DNA from: Octopus bimaculoides
Lineage: Eukaryota
Direction of reading: 5' to 3'
NCBI RefSeq assembly: GCF_001194135.2
Contig: NC_068985.1
Span: forward strand, 15,149,754-15,200,918
DNA length: 51,165 bases
A program made the position numbers and the translations under genes. The notes under the pieces are model-generated. The model searched no databases, had not been told where the DNA came from, and saw nothing but the letters and a program-made list of their open reading frames with translations. Below, piece by piece: positions 47,428 to 51,165 of the stretch. Each line of letters opens with the position of its first letter. Within the stretch, counting starts at the first letter, position 1.

Positions 47428-48031
47428 AGGACATCATAGGAACCCAGAAGACATCATAAAACTACAGAAAGACCTGAACGAAATCTACAAATGGATTACC
47501 AAAAATAACATGAAGTTCAATGCTATGAAATTTCAGGCACTCCACTATCGGTCCAACACCAGGCTAAAATCGGAATACACTGGACCAGAAGGTAATACGA
47601 TCCCAGAGTCAGAGTCGGTGCGTGACCTGGGGGTTCACATGAGCAATGATGCAACATTCCATGTGCATATTGCCAGGATGGCAACACTGTGCAGGCGAGT
47701 GGCTGGATGGATTCTGAGGACATTCAGAAGCAGGAAAAGGGAAGCCCTACTACTCCTATGGAAGACTTTCGTTCTCGGCTGCTTGGACTACTGCTCCCAA
47801 CTATGGTCCCCAGAGAGTGTGAAACAAACTGTGGAACTCGAAGCAATCCAGTGCCAGTACACAAAGAAGATTGACTCGATGTAAATGATGGGCTACTGGT
47901 AGAGGCTGAAGGAGCTGAGTCTCTATTCCTTGAAGAGGAGACGAGAGAGATATGCGGTGATATATATTTGGAAGATCTCGAAGGGTTTAGCTCCCAATTT
48001 TGGAATTGACAGCTATACCAATCCTCGAACT
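47428..48031 (+). mobile_element. CR1-group LINE reverse transcriptase, C-terminal fragment
   Basis: LQKDLNEIYKW..NNMKFNAMKF, RDLGV, GWILRTF, LDYCSQLWSP, LE.IQ, RLKELSLYSLKRRRERY; in-frame stops near 47882-47900. Confidence 0.88.
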
Positions 48032-48131
48032 NNNNNNNNNNNNNNNNNNNNNNNNNNNNNNNNNNNNNNNNNNNNNNNNNNNNNNNNNNNNNNNNNNNNN
48101 NNNNNNNNNNNNNNNNNNNNNNNNNNNNNNN

Positions 48132-48170
<39 letters not shown>

Positions 48171-49031
48171 CCTGTCTATCAATGCGTTACTATCTATCTT
48201 TTGTATGTTTTTCTCCGTCGTTTTGCGTTGATGGCTGTCGGAATGAGCTTTCAACTGCTCTCGATAGGCCATAAAATTGTTGATATTTATCTGGGAAGCT
48301 CTATAAAAGTGAAAACGTATTGTCTTTTAATTCGCTTTATCACGCTTCGATGACTCTATGCTGGGACTCATAGACTAACGAGCAAACAGGTGACATATAA
48401 AACCATAACTGAAGGACGAAATATCGGAACGAAATAGAAATACTTCCTTCTTGTTGTTGTAGTTGAATATTTCAAGATTTATAGACCCATAACTCGCTAC
48501 TTTGCGGTCGTCGTAAAAATATAACCGTTCAAAGGCGTGCTTTATTATTTTCGGTAGCCATTTTCAACACAACTGTTTGTCTACGTATTTGTTTTGAGTT
48601 TCATCTTCGTCTCTTAACTTAGTTGACATCGAAGAAGCTTTTAAAGTACCTTTCTTTTTCTTTGTCTTTTCGCTGTAGCCTGCTGCTAAAGAGAAGTTGT
48701 AAATTTAAAATCTAAACCCCGTTGAGCGAAAACATCATTGGAGATTTAATGTGAACGTCAAGACTTTTATTTTATATTATACTATCTGACTGAGTTTTAA
48801 CATTTCTCTTAACGCAAGAGTAAGGCAAAATGTCTAACATTAAGACATTTGACTTCAGAGTCTGAAGTTCGCATCTTATCATTGGCGCTGATTTGTTTCT
48901 TGTTTCCCAAAAAAGAAAAGAAATAAAAGAGTTATTTTAGACAATCATGTGGGTTTTGAGCTGGGATTTCAAAAATTACTTATTCTACTTGTCTCGTTCC
49001 CTAGTTTCCTTTACTCGTATTTTATTTCATT

Positions 49032-49352
49032 GTGGAGGCGCAATGGCCCAGTGGTTAGGGGAGCGGACTCGCGGTCATAGGATCGCGGTTTCGATTCCCA
49101 GACCGAGCGTTGTGAGTGTTTATTGAGCGAAAACACCTTAAGCTCCACGAGGCTCTGGCAGGGTATAGTGGCGAACGCTGCTGTACACTTTCACAACAAC
49201 TTTCTCTTACTCTTACTTCCTGTTTCTGTTGTGCCTGTAATTCAAAGGGTCAGCCTTGTCACACTGTGTCACGCTGAATATCCCCGAGAACTACGTTAAG
49301 GGTACACGTGTCTGTGGAGTGCTCAGCCACTTGCACGTTAATTTCACGGCAG
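49032..49352 (+). mobile_element. SINE family C (different head/core, same 3' module)
   Basis: A-box TGGCCCAGTGG, B-box GGTTTCGATTCCC, tRNA-Arg-like head. Confidence 0.8.
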
Positions 49353-50621
49353 CTGCGGTGACGTTNNNNNNNNNNNNNNNNNNNNNNNNNNNNNNNNNNN
49401 NNNNNNNNNNNNNNNNNNNNNNNNNNNNNNNNNNNNNNNNNNNNNNNNNNNNNNNNNNNNNNNNNNNNNNNNNNNNNNNNNNNNNNNNNNNNNNNNNNNN
49501 NNNNNNNNNNNNNNNNNNNNNNNNNNNNNNNNNNNNNNNNNNNNNNNNNNNNNNNNNNNNNNNNNNNNNNNNNNNNNNNNNNNNNNNNNNNNNNNNNNNN
49601 NNNNNNNNNNNNNNNNNNNNNNNNNNNNNNNNNNNNNNNNNNNNNNNNNNNNNNNNNNNNNNNNNNNNNNNNNNNNNATGGTTATAGTCGCGGGTAATGG
49701 CCGCCGTCTTGTTTCTGTTGGTTGCTATGGTAATACTAATGATAATAATGATGGTGATAGGGGTTGTGGTGGTGGGGGAGACGGTATTGCTGTTTAAGTT
49801 GTTGTCGCTGCTGTTCCTGCTGTTAACCTTCATCTCAGATCTGATTAAACAAAACCATGATCAAAGGTATTCCATTCATGACTATAATGATTTTCCTTCA
49901 GGCCTAGTGTATCTAGGAATACATTACAACAGGAGTCCTCAACCACCGGGCCCGAGACCAATACCGGGACGCACGAAAAGATTATGTATTATATATGTAT
50001 TATCGAAATATTAATATTTCTAAGTCTCTCTAAAGGAGGCTACGGCAGCGGTACTGGATATTAATAGTTATCGCCAAACCAACGTGGCAGTCCAAAAAAA
50101 TAGGACGAATGCTGCCGTTGATTTGATTAGCTCCAAGAGGCCATCGCTTCTGGCTATTAATATTTCCAAGTCTCTCTAAAGGAGACTATGGCAGCGGTAC
50201 TTGATCAGTTAATAAACGGCAGCATTCGTCCTATGTTTTTGGACTGCCATGTTAGCTTGGCGATAGCTATTACTATATGTATTGTCGTTTAACTTTTACT
50301 GCATAAGCGCGTATAGTCATGTGAGGACCCTAGCTACTCCACTGTATGCAAGACACTGGGGATGCCATAATCCAACACGTTCTATGGATGTGATCTGAGG
50401 GATATTTGCCTGCTATTTCTAGCAAATTGAGAGACTATGTAAGACAACAGTTCTCAACTGAGATCCATGAAACCCTTTGGGATCCATATAAAATTTTGTT
50501 GTTAAAATTTCTCTAAAATAAATTTGGTTATACTTTTACAATATATTTTAATTTTAATTTCGTTTTTGGATTTGGTTTGTAAGATTCTTTATGTGAGTTC
50601 GTGTGTTGAAGCATATTCTAT

Positions 50622-50738
50622 TGTCTGGAGAGAGTCATTCTCTTTTGGTGCCTTATAATTTAACACTCTCACCGGTAAAATTTACCGGTGAGTGAGTTAA
50701 ATTATAAGGCATCAAATGAGAATGACTCTCCCCAGACA
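50622..50738. repeat. Near-perfect hairpin, ~58-bp arms, 1-nt loop at 50680
   Basis: TGTCTGGAGAGAGTCATTCTC...CACCGGTAAA-A-TTTACCGGTG...GAGAATGACTCTCCCCAGACA. Confidence 0.9.
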
Positions 50739-50756
50739 CAACAAAATATTTAAAGC

Positions 50757-50880
50757 GATTTTAAATTCTCAAACGCAGGATAATGCTAATAATATAGCCT
50801 GAACAAGCTACAAAATAGGGGTAGCTTATCCTGTTGAGGCTATATTATTAGCATTATCCTGCGTTTGAGAATTTGAAATC
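50757..50880. repeat. Inverted repeat, 44-bp arms with one mismatch
   Basis: 50757-50800 versus 50837-50880. Confidence 0.9.
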
Positions 50881-51165
50881 ACTTCTTTAACTTTCTAAGA
50901 CATCTCAACGCTTCTAAAAGCAAACTTCGTTTGTTTGTTTACGTTTATCGTATTTTGAATTTAGAATATTCAAAGTTTTTTTTATACAATTCTCAATAAT
51001 ATTTAGTGATAACGATATAACAGGGTTTTTTTAAACATCAAATGCTTACGAGGGTCCACCCGACTAAAAGAGGAATGAAAGGGGTCCATAGGCAAAAATG
51101 GGGATCTTTTTTAAAACGGGGGCCACATTTTTCATTAACGAAACACTTTGAAACTTGGAACACTG

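Larger units (their letters stand above)
50445..51100 (+). mobile_element. Probable hAT-type non-autonomous DNA transposon containing two long hairpins
   Basis: Left end CAACAGTTCTCAAC.., right GGGGTCCATAGGCAAAAATGG resembles hAT MITE termini from memory; right TIR not seen. Confidence 0.45.

Overview
Animal nuclear DNA, AT-rich and dense in microsatellites, with about 5.3 kb of N in 15 gaps. The SINE families look like those I recall from Octopus (inference, not a database hit). I found no intact host protein-coding gene: almost all ORF-track entries are microsatellite or N-gap artefacts, and the real coding remnants are transposon fragments (R4/Dong-like RLE non-LTR element, CR1-like RT, Tc1 and Tigger-like transposases). 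The dominant feature is a tRNA-Ala locus at about 27.0-47.1 kb. It holds 12 intact or near-intact genes carrying AGC, TGC or CGC anticodons on essentially one 73-nt body. It also holds a ~190-bp-period tandem array of tRNA-Ala plus conserved spacer with about 33 mostly decayed copies in two oppositely oriented arms that meet at ~35327, and an outlying patch at 44.7-45.8 kb. Other highlights: two ~200-bp (TA)n-flanked elements containing minimal hammerhead ribozyme motifs (44477-44515, 42423-42459); three SINE insertions at about -30 of array tRNA units; a MITE with internal 85-bp tandem amplification; and several long inverted repeats.
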